Below, one piece after another: positions 46,577 through 55,644 of a stretch of DNA of 64,000 nt. The stretch lies in IMG/VR virus record IMGVR_UViG_3300021964_000024, positions 32,001 to 96,000 of that record. One strand, given 5' to 3'. This DNA is from a virus. Each line of letters opens with the position of its first letter. Position 1 is the stretch's first letter. The position numbers were made by a program, and so were the translations under genes. A model generated the notes under the pieces. That model was not told where the DNA came from and made no database searches. It saw nothing but the letters and a program-made list of their open reading frames with translations.

Positions 46577-47286
46577 AGTTTGACCAGTATACCTTCTGCA
46601 AAGACGGAACCAAACGTTGAACCGGACAAAGAACGCAACTGCATCTCAATGTCCGTCTTCTCATCATACTTGAACGGTGCTTGTCTCACGATATTCATGT
46701 TCTCAAAGAAAGTTGTATCTGCGACTCTCAACTGTCTTCCATTTGAAGCCGTCAAAAAGTTTCTGAATCGAGCCGCTTTACCACCGTTCGCATCTGTACA
46801 GAATGCATCGATACGAGTCAAAAAGAAACAGTGTCCTGCTGGCACCGTGTATACCGATTTTTGATCTCTACCAGTCCCCGCAAGAATCTTTGCGTATGTG
46901 GTTCCGCCATTAGAGACGGTGATATCACCAACTGCATTTCCGACTGTGATCACCGCATCATTGATTCGATAGAAAGAGTTTGTCGTTGTGACGGTAGTTG
47001 TACCGTTTACGGCAACCACTTCACTGATAGGATTGCAATCCCCGTCTAGTCCTAGAAGTAGGAGAGATATCCCAGTATCCCCCGCATCAGAACTAACCAC
47101 AGACATGGTTACTGCCGAAGATGGGAACGCATAGTTTGATGCCTCTTCCCAAGGGGTTCGAAACTCTGAGGTAACGATATTATCCGTACCGCCTGTGGTT
47201 CCGAAGATGTTACGCACCGAAGTGTTGACTACCAACTCCCGTGCGATATTTAATTGGACATCATCTATATAGTGTGATATGGCCAT
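46573..47286 (-). CDS. beta-rich hypothetical protein (possible structural protein)
   Basis: Thr/Val/Gly-rich; YTVPAG motif; late operon. Confidence 0.55.
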   Translation of the reverse strand: MAISHYIDDVQLNIARELVVNTSVRNIFGTTGGTDNIVTSEFRTPWEEASNYAFPSSAVTMSVVSSDAGDTGISLLLLGLDGDCNPISEVVAVNGTTTVTTTNSFYRINDAVITVGNAVGDITVSNGGTTYAKILAGTGRDQKSVYTVPAGHCFFLTRIDAFCTDANGGKAARFRNFLTASNGRQLRVADTTFFENMNIVRQAPFKYDEKTDIEMQLRSLSGSTFGSVFAEGILVKL

Positions 47287-47287
47287 G

Positions 47288-48595
47288 TTACATTACCTTT
47301 AAGTGGACGGCAGAATCTGCTGATTCTGATTTGGCAACCCTGTACAACAGGGTCATTAGTTGTTGCTCTCTACCTTTTACCATAGTGAACATAGTTGTCA
47401 CGTAGTACTTAGAGACTAACCAGTTAGAATCTTTGTTCTTTAGTTTAGTGCCAAATGTTTGACGGTCAACAGGGTTGTCAATCGCACCAGTATAGAATCC
47501 ATAGAACTTATCAAGGAACGCTTCCCTGTCACTACGGATCTCTGCTTCAATTGTTTTACGAACCTCAAGACGATTACGAGTAGTCGCATACAATGCGGCA
47601 TCAATACCACCCTGAGATACCTTACCATGCTTTGCCTTCTTACCAATGATCTCACACTGGAACGTAGGGAAGGTACGGAATTGAATCTCAAGACCGCCCT
47701 GACCAAACAAGTATCCGTCCTTTGACTTAAAGAAGTCATTACGCTTGTTGTAGGACACAGCACGGAAGACAGGTGGTTTAAATGGTTTCTTGTAGTTGAC
47801 CTGAGATATTCTAGGTTTACCACTAGCAGCTTTCTTCAGTGAGATACCAAGAATGTCACGTGCTGCATATGCCTTGAGTAATTCTTGATTGAGTGCTTTG
47901 ATGGATCCTGCACCCTCAATATCATACGCACCCTCTTTACCAGATTTGACCATCCAGATGTCTGCAGGTGTCCACTTATTAACGTCTTGGAATAATTTCT
48001 CTGCACGGTTCAACTCTTTGAACTTGTTTTCCAAAGCAGTGACCCAAGGTGATCCACGATGGAAACTATATGTTCCCTGTTTCTTTAGAACCTTATATAA
48101 GGTACGTGCGACATCAATAGATGATGCAATCCATTTTTCATCTCTTAACATCACTTCATCTGCAGTTGCATCGACGTGAACTTTAGCGTATGCGTTCTGG
48201 ATTGCTTCGGGTGTGAACTGAGTTGTGGGATCGTCCCACACTGCTTGAAGGTAAACACACTGTGCAGACTCAGTTGCTTTAGTGTTGTCAGATCCACCAC
48301 CGGATCCACGACCACCACCAAACTCTTTGGTCTTTGCTAGTTTACCAAATGAAATTTTGTTCCCTGCATTGTCTTCTAGACCAATGCTGTTTGCAGTTTT
48401 ACTGTCTTTTGCCTTGAGTGCTTTTTCAATCTCTGCGTTATACTTCAGGACAACCGTACCACCGGCTGATAACTCAAACGGTTCATTACCCTTGTACTTT
48501 CTCAAGAACAATTCTAGTCGGAACGCCCTGTCATCACGAGTGATCTCACCAAATGTGAGATTACCTTCTGACAGAAAGCTAGAAAATTTTAACAT
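47288..48595 (-). CDS. PD-(D/E)xK-type nuclease-like protein with CTS-like start
   Basis: MLKFSSFLSE; TESAQ...KWTPADIW...GISLKK. Confidence 0.55.
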   Translation of the reverse strand: MLKFSSFLSEGNLTFGEITRDDRAFRLELFLRKYKGNEPFELSAGGTVVLKYNAEIEKALKAKDSKTANSIGLEDNAGNKISFGKLAKTKEFGGGRGSGGGSDNTKATESAQCVYLQAVWDDPTTQFTPEAIQNAYAKVHVDATADEVMLRDEKWIASSIDVARTLYKVLKKQGTYSFHRGSPWVTALENKFKELNRAEKLFQDVNKWTPADIWMVKSGKEGAYDIEGAGSIKALNQELLKAYAARDILGISLKKAASGKPRISQVNYKKPFKPPVFRAVSYNKRNDFFKSKDGYLFGQGGLEIQFRTFPTFQCEIIGKKAKHGKVSQGGIDAALYATTRNRLEVRKTIEAEIRSDREAFLDKFYGFYTGAIDNPVDRQTFGTKLKNKDSNWLVSKYYVTTMFTMVKGREQQLMTLLYRVAKSESADSAVHLKVM

Positions 48596-48637
48596 TAATC
48601 GGTCTCCGTTTCTTTACTGTTGCCCACAGTATACCAC

Positions 48638-48645
48638 TATTTATA
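48638..48645 (-). promoter_or_regulatory. T4 late promoter heading the CTS cluster
   Basis: Exact TATAAATA, 43 bp upstream of 48595. Confidence 0.8.
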
Positions 48646-49315
48646 AGAAAAGAGAACCCGAATTTTCCTCATTATACTGTGCAATTGTTTCTTTTAATGG
48701 ACGTACCCAGTTATCACGATGTTCGATAAAGATCTGTGGTTCATGATTATCCACTGAGATTATCGTTACAAGTTGTGTGATGGGCTGCCCGGTTCTCTCT
48801 TCCCACATAATTGCATATGCGGATTCTTGCATGAAATAATTTTTGATCCAGTCGAGTCGTTTAGGTTTGAGGGATGTTTTAAAATCAATGATAGAAAGTT
48901 TCCCGTCAAACTCAGCAACACAATCAACCCTACCTGCAACCCCCAAGTGGTTACTATAGAGTGGTGCTTCCTGTGCGAATACTCTGCCAATACGATCATC
49001 CAAAATGGGACGGATAGCAATAAAACTGTCAATAATATCTGGAGTATATCCATTACGATAATCCTCATCGTTGTTGATGTACTTTTCAATGATCTCGTGT
49101 ACCCTTGTACCACGGGATGATGCACGATGAGAAATTTTATTTGCTTCTGCCTCACCCACACGTTTACGCCATGCAGCAATGGAGTCACGAGACAGTATTG
49201 AAAGTACTGTGGTTATAGAAGGAAGGTTTACGCCTTCCGGTGTTTTGTATTTACGACCAGAGTCGGTAGTGACCGACTCCATCTCATTTAGTTCTGTTAA
49301 AACATGTTCAAACAT
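48641..49315 (-). CDS. PD-(D/E)xK exonuclease (Cas4/RecB-like)
   Basis: PSITTVL, RGTRVH, AGRVDC, IIDFKTS, YFMQ..AYA. Confidence 0.85.
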   Translation of the reverse strand: MFEHVLTELNEMESVTTDSGRKYKTPEGVNLPSITTVLSILSRDSIAAWRKRVGEAEANKISHRASSRGTRVHEIIEKYINNDEDYRNGYTPDIIDSFIAIRPILDDRIGRVFAQEAPLYSNHLGVAGRVDCVAEFDGKLSIIDFKTSLKPKRLDWIKNYFMQESAYAIMWEERTGQPITQLVTIISVDNHEPQIFIEHRDNWVRPLKETIAQYNEENSGSLFL

Positions 49316-49574
49316 TAGATAATTTTTCCATTTGTTTACGTGCGTAGTCCCCAAGTTCTTCTAGTGTTCGCACGAACTCTTCGACCTCATCAAGGTGTCT
49401 CTCAGGGATCTTTCCATTAATAGTATACGACGATAGTTCTAGATCCACAAGTTCTTTGTATGGAGTGTGACCCTCATAGACAGGTTCACATGCGTCTCCA
49501 ATATAGAGACTAGTAAAAACACCCTCTTCATCAAACCAAGGTGTCACTTCAACCATCAATTTAGTTGTTGTCAT
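49308..49574 (-). CDS. hypothetical protein
   Basis: Co-oriented ORF. Confidence 0.5.
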   Translation of the reverse strand: MTTTKLMVEVTPWFDEEGVFTSLYIGDACEPVYEGHTPYKELVDLELSSYTINGKIPERHLDEVEEFVRTLEELGDYARKQMEKLSNV

Positions 49575-49580
49575 TTTTAA

Positions 49581-49940
49581 TTATCCAAAAAAATATCGTA
49601 TCAGTCCCGAAAACAACAGGACTCCCATTACACCGTTCAAAAGAATAAGTGCTCTATCCTTCCATATATAGGAAACTATAAACCAACCAATTGCACCTAA
49701 CCAAGAGAACATCAAATCATAAACTTGCAGTTCCGGAATCCCACTGGATCGGATTGTCACTGCAGACAAAACGCAGACAGTAGATGCCCACTTTATGTAC
49801 CAGTCAAGTCCACCCTTTGGAGTTGCAGATTTATAAATTCTCTTTGAGTTCGCAAGTTCTTCTTCGCTGAACTGTTGTTCTTCTTGAACTCTTTTTTGTT
49901 CCATAAGTTTCCTCAGTTTTACATTCTTCATTGTTGTCAT
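49581..49940 (-). CDS. 3-TM membrane protein (DUF6552-like)
   Basis: DWYIKWAS...GW..V..IWKDRALILLN. Confidence 0.6.
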   Translation of the reverse strand: MTTMKNVKLRKLMEQKRVQEEQQFSEEELANSKRIYKSATPKGGLDWYIKWASTVCVLSAVTIRSSGIPELQVYDLMFSWLGAIGWFIVSYIWKDRALILLNGVMGVLLFSGLIRYFFG

Positions 49941-50578
49941 AATTTCTCCCGCATCGCTGCCATGCGAACACGTGCCGCATTCCATTGGTCAAACGTTTGC
50001 GGTTTACGTGCCTCACCACAGGCAAGCTTTCGTTTCTTAAATTCTTCCTTGAGTGCTTTCGCACAATCACGTCCAAGGAATCGTGACACCAGTGATAACA
50101 GATCCTTACGGAAGGATCGACCATGGTGCATATTACCCAGACAGTGAGTCAGTTCATGGATTAGAGTATACGCATCCAAACCAACCTTAGTATCTAGGGT
50201 CACACTACGACCATTCGACCAACCCGCAGTACCACGACCACTCGACTTCAACTTTGCGTTGACTTCAGGAGACGCATTGAAGATACGAGTCACATCACCG
50301 TTGATAGACTCAGACCAGATCTTCTGCCAAGTCTTTGACTTGTAGATCTTCTTGGCGTACTTCTGTGCCTCTTTGATATCCTTGAACTTAGGGATCTGAC
50401 CAGAACACTTGGACTGGAATGCCCACTCTGCACTGTAACACTTACTACGTTCAGAGTCTTGACCACGTGCACCCTTGTTCTGTTTCTTGGCATGTTTCCG
50501 GAGATACTCATTGTAGTAGTGTTCCGGAGTGCCATGGTAGGGACGGTCAATACGATATGATTCATAGATATTGGTCAT
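49937..50578 (-). CDS. SprT-like HExxH metalloprotein
   Basis: DSERSKCYSAE, LIHELTH...HGRSF; first gene after early promoter. Confidence 0.7.
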   Translation of the reverse strand: MTNIYESYRIDRPYHGTPEHYYNEYLRKHAKKQNKGARGQDSERSKCYSAEWAFQSKCSGQIPKFKDIKEAQKYAKKIYKSKTWQKIWSESINGDVTRIFNASPEVNAKLKSSGRGTAGWSNGRSVTLDTKVGLDAYTLIHELTHCLGNMHHGRSFRKDLLSLVSRFLGRDCAKALKEEFKKRKLACGEARKPQTFDQWNAARVRMAAMREKL

Positions 50579-50591
50579 AACAAATCCTTAT

Positions 50592-50640
50592 TTCTCTCAC
50601 TTACATGCACATTATCTCATATTCGAAACAAGAAGTCAAG
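50592..50640 (-). promoter_or_regulatory. repeated early promoter (TTGACT 50634-50639, GATAAT 50611-50616)
   Basis: 17-bp spacer; spacer resembles other copies. Confidence 0.8.
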
Positions 50641-50642
50641 CT

Positions 50643-51839
50643 TTATTTTGTCATTTTTGCACTAATTTCGAAATTTCCATTATTCATCTCGTGAATGAAC
50701 CCCTCTGGAATGACCTTATCACAGATCACCAGTCCGATTCTCCCATCCGGAGTTCTCTTTCGCATATGCCTAGATACTCTGTACTCACCATCAATTATAT
50801 CAAGTCCACAAGGAATTGCAACCCCATAGGACTCATGCAGATGGTAGGGGTAGATCGAATCCGGTTCCTTTGGCATCACAATCAACTTGTCAACGTCATT
50901 TGGGAATGCATCTCCAAGGATCTCTGGTTTCCCTCTCAATGATTCAAGGTACTCATCTCCAGTTACAAAGTAAGGTAGACTGCAGGTTTGTTCTGGTCTC
51001 ACGTTGATCTCACAGAAATACCAGTCACCATTTGGTGTACATAGTCCAGTAATCTGACCAACGAAAGATGACTTGTCACATACATCTTTAGTAATCCAGT
51101 CCAAGATAACCACCGCATTTTCTACAGTGATCTCTTCTACCCATTCTGGTAATGGTTTAAAACTAGAGGTCTTAGTCCAGTGTTGAAACTTACCTGCAAG
51201 TTTTGCGGTATCTTCACCAATGATTTCTTGAGTGTGTCGAATAGACCACTTACCCTTCGCAACAACAAAATCTACATTAGTTTCTATTGTGGGTTTGGGT
51301 ATGTACTCTTCATAGAACATACCTTCTGCATATTCATCTCTACTAAAACGATCTGCTTCACTTTGAGTCATGCAGATACTTACGTGGTCAGTTGGTTTAG
51401 GAATTCGTATTGGTTTTGCCACACAAGGTGCAATAGGTTTTCTGACTTTAGGACACAATATGTTTCGACGCAACATGGACTCTCGCACTGCCCACTTACC
51501 AGTCTCTAACATTGCAGTAGGTCTGTAAAGTCCAAGGTACTCAAAACGATCCTGATCAATAATGTTGGAATCACTTAGATGTCCTAGTATAGGATGAGTG
51601 TTGATCACTATTTCTCTGTCAGAATTATTCAACCACTTCATCAATACCGAATCTCTATTCTCGGCATTGACGATCTCAACACCATATTGATCCCAGAACT
51701 TGTGAGGAACATCTTCAAAGTGTTCATATGAAGAAGTCACGACTTTTACATCGTGACCTGATTTTACTAGTTCAAGGATATTATGGAAGTTGCACCAACC
51801 ATAATCGATGATAAGAATTTTACTCACCGAGGTCTTCAT
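50643..51839 (-). CDS. ATP-grasp fold protein (distantly PurD-like)
   Basis: AMLETGK, VAKP, YEEYI, WYFCEINVRP. Confidence 0.6.
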   Translation of the reverse strand: MKTSVSKILIIDYGWCNFHNILELVKSGHDVKVVTSSYEHFEDVPHKFWDQYGVEIVNAENRDSVLMKWLNNSDREIVINTHPILGHLSDSNIIDQDRFEYLGLYRPTAMLETGKWAVRESMLRRNILCPKVRKPIAPCVAKPIRIPKPTDHVSICMTQSEADRFSRDEYAEGMFYEEYIPKPTIETNVDFVVAKGKWSIRHTQEIIGEDTAKLAGKFQHWTKTSSFKPLPEWVEEITVENAVVILDWITKDVCDKSSFVGQITGLCTPNGDWYFCEINVRPEQTCSLPYFVTGDEYLESLRGKPEILGDAFPNDVDKLIVMPKEPDSIYPYHLHESYGVAIPCGLDIIDGEYRVSRHMRKRTPDGRIGLVICDKVIPEGFIHEMNNGNFEISAKMTK

Positions 51840-52104
51840 CCATGGTCTTTCGCATTGCCCAGTAATTTTCGGCATCTCTATCTAGATCGAAACATTCTGT
51901 AAAGGTATCCCACAACTTTTGGAAACGAATGTCATAGAGTTCCTTGATACCAAGATACTTGTTACAGAGAGCATCCGCAACATCAGGCGGTATATGTTTC
52001 CACTTAGGACTGTCCATAAAATGTTCAGTCACCACATTAATATCGTCGGTTACATTCCAACATTCCATGATAGATTGTTCTAAGTCAAATCGATCTTTAC
52101 TCAT
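51820..52104 (-). CDS. hypothetical protein
   Basis: DRFDLEQSIMECWNVTDD; start placed after terminator. Confidence 0.55.
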   Translation of the reverse strand: MSKDRFDLEQSIMECWNVTDDINVVTEHFMDSPKWKHIPPDVADALCNKYLGIKELYDIRFQKLWDTFTECFDLDRDAENYWAMRKTMDEDLGE

Positions 52105-52106
52105 AT

Positions 52107-52132
52107 AAAAACCCACCCTGCGAACAGGGTGG
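52107..52132 (-). terminator. rho-independent terminator
   Basis: CCACCCTG-TTCG-CAGGGTGG followed by GTTTTT. Confidence 0.8.
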
Positions 52133-52146
52133 TCTCCTTTAGTTGG

Positions 52147-53112
52147 TTAGGCAGCTTCTGCGAATTCGATTGCTTTCGAAACTGCGGTTTGTTTTCTGTT
52201 CTGGTTTGCACCGAACCATGCAGATGTCATTCTGGAATCTGCTTCCCTACCCATTACGTGGTCAGTCAAGTAGGTCACACTGTTAAGTGCTTGCCACCAT
52301 GAACCTTTCCCAAACTGAGCGCCTGGTTGTGAATCCAGAACTTCAAACGCTTTCTGACCGTTTGCAGTAAGATCCTTAAACTCTTTTACTACTGGAGGGT
52401 TCTTACCTTGATAAGTTCTTGGGAAGACCTCATTGTAGTATTCGATCAGTGACTCTGCAGAGAACTTCTTAGACGCAAGGAACTGTGATAGTTCTTTGTA
52501 CTGTTCGAACTTCTCGTGTGCAAGACCCAGAGTAGTCTTTACGTGGTTCGCATCAAACACTTTTCTGTGGTTCAATTTTGCACCAGTAATTGCAGTACCC
52601 TTCAATGCCATTGCAAGAGTGTTCATGCATGAAACCCTGATCGGAGTAAACCTAATGTCAATAGACTTACCGTACTCATGCGGGTTAGAGAACAGAAGGT
52701 AAGAATCAATCTGGTCACCCCTTAGAACATCAAAAGACTCTTTGACCTTCGCAAGTGCCCATACCATCTTACCACCTTTCAGTGAACCTGCGGTACTCAT
52801 TTCCATATCACCCTCAAGGCAATACTCATTGAAGAACTCAAACGCAGTTTCGTTCTGACAGGGTTCCCAGTTCTTACCGACTTGGGTTAGGATCTTGTTA
52901 TCAGAATCCCTAACAAGTGCTTCCATCCCTGTAGGGATTTTCTCACCGTTGAAGTCTGCGTAGGTAGGAACCTTCTCGACTTTCCAGTCAACACCTGCCT
53001 TTTCCATCATCTGTTGTGGAGATAGATCATTGGATACGATCTCTCCGATACCCCAAGGGGACGATCCTACAGATGCAGTAGTCTCGATTTGTAAAATGTC
53101 ATTCATACTCAT
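52147..53112 (-). CDS. DUF932/DUF945-family protein
   Basis: PW.G.G, QNE.AFEFF, TAGSL.GG..VW.LA, TPIRVSCMNT, WW.A.N.VT...DH. Confidence 0.8.
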   Translation of the reverse strand: MSMNDILQIETTASVGSSPWGIGEIVSNDLSPQQMMEKAGVDWKVEKVPTYADFNGEKIPTGMEALVRDSDNKILTQVGKNWEPCQNETAFEFFNEYCLEGDMEMSTAGSLKGGKMVWALAKVKESFDVLRGDQIDSYLLFSNPHEYGKSIDIRFTPIRVSCMNTLAMALKGTAITGAKLNHRKVFDANHVKTTLGLAHEKFEQYKELSQFLASKKFSAESLIEYYNEVFPRTYQGKNPPVVKEFKDLTANGQKAFEVLDSQPGAQFGKGSWWQALNSVTYLTDHVMGREADSRMTSAWFGANQNRKQTAVSKAIEFAEAA

Positions 53113-53148
53113 AATAATTTCCTCACTAAAAATTTAACTTACACTAAC

Positions 53149-53177
53149 ATGTTATCAAAACAAGAGAACAATGTCAA
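53149..53177 (-). promoter_or_regulatory. early promoter TTGACA-17-TAACAT
   Basis: Consensus-like; GTGAGG SD downstream. Confidence 0.6.
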
Positions 53178-53674
53178 GCTTTTTCTTTCCAAATTTTCTC
53201 AGTCCCCATTACCTTCAAAAGACTCTTGGTTTCCTTCTTGAACAATTTGAAAAATTTTGGATCGTGTTCTTCGATACTGTACCCGTTATGCATCATATCA
53301 AAAGTCTTAATGATCTTGATGATCTCAGGTGCAGTCGCAAGACGTGCTTCACACATCTTCTTTCGAGTCGCACGGTTACCAACGAACTCAGGAACTTTAG
53401 TCAAAAACCAAACTCCCTTCGCAACGTCCTTTCCAAAATTCTCTTCAATGTCTTCATGAGTCGCAATAGTGTCCTCGACAGTATCGTGCAACAATGCAAC
53501 CTTGATTGCATACACGATATCATCTTGGTCAAATTTTTTCTCGACCATGTATTCTTCGACCATTTCCGCAACTGCGATAGGGTGGAAGAAGTAATTCTCA
53601 CCAGTGTATTTACGTTTCTGATCCTTATGGCACTCAGACGCAAAATGGGTCACTTTCAAAATTTCTTGGTTCAT
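53174..53674 (-). CDS. HD-domain small alarmone hydrolase (Mesh1/SAH-like)
   Basis: H.DQKRK.TGE.Y..HP..VA, ALLHDTVEDT, LTK, K..D..HN. Confidence 0.8.
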   Translation of the reverse strand: MNQEILKVTHFASECHKDQKRKYTGENYFFHPIAVAEMVEEYMVEKKFDQDDIVYAIKVALLHDTVEDTIATHEDIEENFGKDVAKGVWFLTKVPEFVGNRATRKKMCEARLATAPEIIKIIKTFDMMHNGYSIEEHDPKFFKLFKKETKSLLKVMGTEKIWKEKA

Positions 53675-53683
53675 AACAATATC

Positions 53684-53737
53684 TCTCAATTACAAGGTAA
53701 TTATCTCATAATCAAAACAAGATGTCAAGCTTTTTTT
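53684..53737 (-). repeat. repeated early promoter cassette (identical to 31347-31392)
   Basis: TTGACA 53723-53728, GATAAT 53700-53705. Confidence 0.9.
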
Positions 53738-53934
53738 TAAATTATTTTCAATAAAAGATCCAATGCCTTGATGCAGTTTGCCTTCATTTCCATTGCATTG
53801 GTCTCATCCATCATCTCGACTTCACGTTTCAGATCTTCGATCAGATCCGTGTATTCTTGTTGACTAAGGTAACCACCATCCAGTAGTTCCTTGTATTCTC
53901 TTCCTTGTTGTTCTTGCGGTAATGTATCTGCCAT
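53737..53934 (-). CDS. hypothetical protein
   Basis: TAATG-coupled to the lipoprotein gene. Confidence 0.5.
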   Translation of the reverse strand: MADTLPQEQQGREYKELLDGGYLSQQEYTDLIEDLKREVEMMDETNAMEMKANCIKALDLLLKII

Positions 53935-54308
53935 TAGTATCTCCCCATGATTGCTTCTGCCGCCATCTTAGATTGCGTTTGTAGGTTCTTCTTTTTGATT
54001 CGACAGTATGTCGGAGTCAATGGATCTGCGTCCACCAAACCCTGTAAAGTCTTATCCATGATTCCGGTAATTTTCGTGACATCCTGAGATCCCTTTGCAA
54101 GGGAGTACTGATTCAACCACTCGACATAAAAGTCGATTGACCGAATCTGTTTCTTCAGAGATGCGGGTTTTAGATCACAGTCCATCATCTCGACACGTGT
54201 ACTAATGTCGATAATAGCTTTGGACTCGTTTGGATCATAGAAGGAAGGAATAGAAGAACACCCTGCAACAATCAGGGTGGTCATTAAAATAGTTGATAGT
54301 TTGTTCAT
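53934..54308 (-). CDS. lipoprotein
   Basis: MNKLSTILMTTLIVAGC lipobox; GGAG SD. Confidence 0.7.
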   Translation of the reverse strand: MNKLSTILMTTLIVAGCSSIPSFYDPNESKAIIDISTRVEMMDCDLKPASLKKQIRSIDFYVEWLNQYSLAKGSQDVTKITGIMDKTLQGLVDADPLTPTYCRIKKKNLQTQSKMAAEAIMGRY

Positions 54309-54339
54309 ATGATATCTCCGTTGGATACCATGGTATTTA

Positions 54340-54774
54340 TCAATTTGTGAACGGTTGATCCCAAGGGAAACAACTCTGAAACAACACCTTCTCTTGTTTG
54401 TATGCTTCCTTTTCCCAAGGTTGGTTATCGTATTCATAACCATCCGCATTACGACCTTTCCACTTCCACGCACCTTCTGCACTCAACTGACCTCGAAGGA
54501 ACTGACGTGCGTGAACCATCTCGTGTGCGAGAGTTCCCATCTGTTCCATGAACGTCATCTTCTCACCAGTGATAGGACACTTACGTGCAATGGTGATCTC
54601 TGCATATTCACGATCACCTTCGCACAGACCGTAGGCATCACACTTGTTAGTGAACCGCACATTGATGTACGGTTTACGCAACCGACCAAGACCCAGAGTC
54701 TTGATCATGTTTGCGATGTAGGTTCGAACGACCTCTTGATTTTTTACTTGACCTTCTATATAGAAGTCAATCAT
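54340..54774 (-). CDS. HExxH zinc metallopeptidase-like protein
   Basis: TLAHEMVHARQ...PWEKEA. Confidence 0.75.
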   Translation of the reverse strand: MIDFYIEGQVKNQEVVRTYIANMIKTLGLGRLRKPYINVRFTNKCDAYGLCEGDREYAEITIARKCPITGEKMTFMEQMGTLAHEMVHARQFLRGQLSAEGAWKWKGRNADGYEYDNQPWEKEAYKQEKVLFQSCFPWDQPFTN

Positions 54775-55026
54775 TCACTTTTTCTCCGCAAGTTCTTCCA
54801 TAATTTGATAGACTCTTTCTCTGTCGATAGAGTCACCGTCACCCCACTCTTCGTGGTTCTCAGGATTAGAACACACTGCAAGGTATCTCATGATACCTCT
54901 CTCTACCATGGCAACGTCCACCCAAGGGGTTGGATAGATACCATCGTAAGCGTAGAAAGACAGGATGTAGTTCCTGAAGTCAGTCAAAGACGGGTTAGAT
55001 CTCAATGCAATAAAATTTGTTTTCAT
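54775..55026 (-). CDS. hypothetical early protein
   Basis: YILSFYAYDGIYP...GDSIDRERV. Confidence 0.6.
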   Translation of the reverse strand: MKTNFIALRSNPSLTDFRNYILSFYAYDGIYPTPWVDVAMVERGIMRYLAVCSNPENHEEWGDGDSIDRERVYQIMEELAEKK

Positions 55027-55034
55027 AATGTATT

Positions 55035-55130
55035 CCTCACTCTCAATTACAAGGTAATTATCTCATATTCAAAACAAGATGTCAACCCCTAAATCGAAAA
55101 AAAGTATATATTTTTTATACTTATTTTTCA
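55035..55130 (-). repeat. repeated early promoter cassette (1 mismatch in 45 bp vs the 31347 copy)
   Basis: TTGACA 55080-55085, GATAAT 55057-55062; AAAAAAAGTATATATTTTTTA shared with the 23.85 kb copy. Confidence 0.9.
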
Positions 55131-55135
55131 TAAGG

Positions 55136-55357
55136 TTATAGCATTTTGGAATAAGAACGGATCTCCTTCAGACCCAATTTACGGAACTTTCGACGGGATG
55201 GTGACCACCGTTTCATAGGATTCTTGAAGATCTTCAGTACCCCACCCTTGGGGACAAATCCGACCAACTCAGTACCCTTGGTCACATAGATGTGATTTGG
55301 GGTGTTATCTCCCCAGTCAGTAGTTTCCTCACGCCATAGGCACTTCTCAAGATTCAT
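55136..55357 (-). CDS. hypothetical protein
   Basis: EETTDW...PNHIY...RRKF. Confidence 0.55.
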   Translation of the reverse strand: MNLEKCLWREETTDWGDNTPNHIYVTKGTELVGFVPKGGVLKIFKNPMKRWSPSRRKFRKLGLKEIRSYSKML

Positions 55358-55644
55358 CGTCGCATCCTCGCATGTTCAATAGCTTCTTTCTGGTCAATGA
55401 TCGGTACTGCATTCGACTTGTGCATGGTACTGATACCCTTGATCAGGGTTCCGGTGTAGTTTATCTTTTCTTTGATTTGTGTATTGTGAGTACCCGAATC
55501 GTGAGATTTGTAAACCGGAGTCTCTCTCCGGTATGTCTCAGGTGGGGTGTACTCCTTGAACTCTACCTTGCGTTTCTTGGTAGTCCAGTAGTTGGTCTTC
55601 TTTTTCTTACCACTAGGGTAGTGTCTCATACTACCGTGGATCAT
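55354..55644 (-). CDS. conserved hypothetical protein
   Basis: YTGTLIKGISTMHKSNAVP. Confidence 0.6.
   Translation of the reverse strand: MIHGSMRHYPSGKKKKTNYWTTKKRKVEFKEYTPPETYRRETPVYKSHDSGTHNTQIKEKINYTGTLIKGISTMHKSNAVPIIDQKEAIEHARMRR

Noticed and set aside
48641-49315. Cas4-like protein as evidence of CRISPR-Cas
   Set aside because: Stand-alone PD-(D/E)xK exonuclease typical of T4-like phages; no Fe-S cysteine cluster and no array.
54355-55092. 245-aa plus-strand ORF
   Set aside because: Antisense to two credible minus-strand genes and their promoter; no motif. Treated as a shadow ORF.
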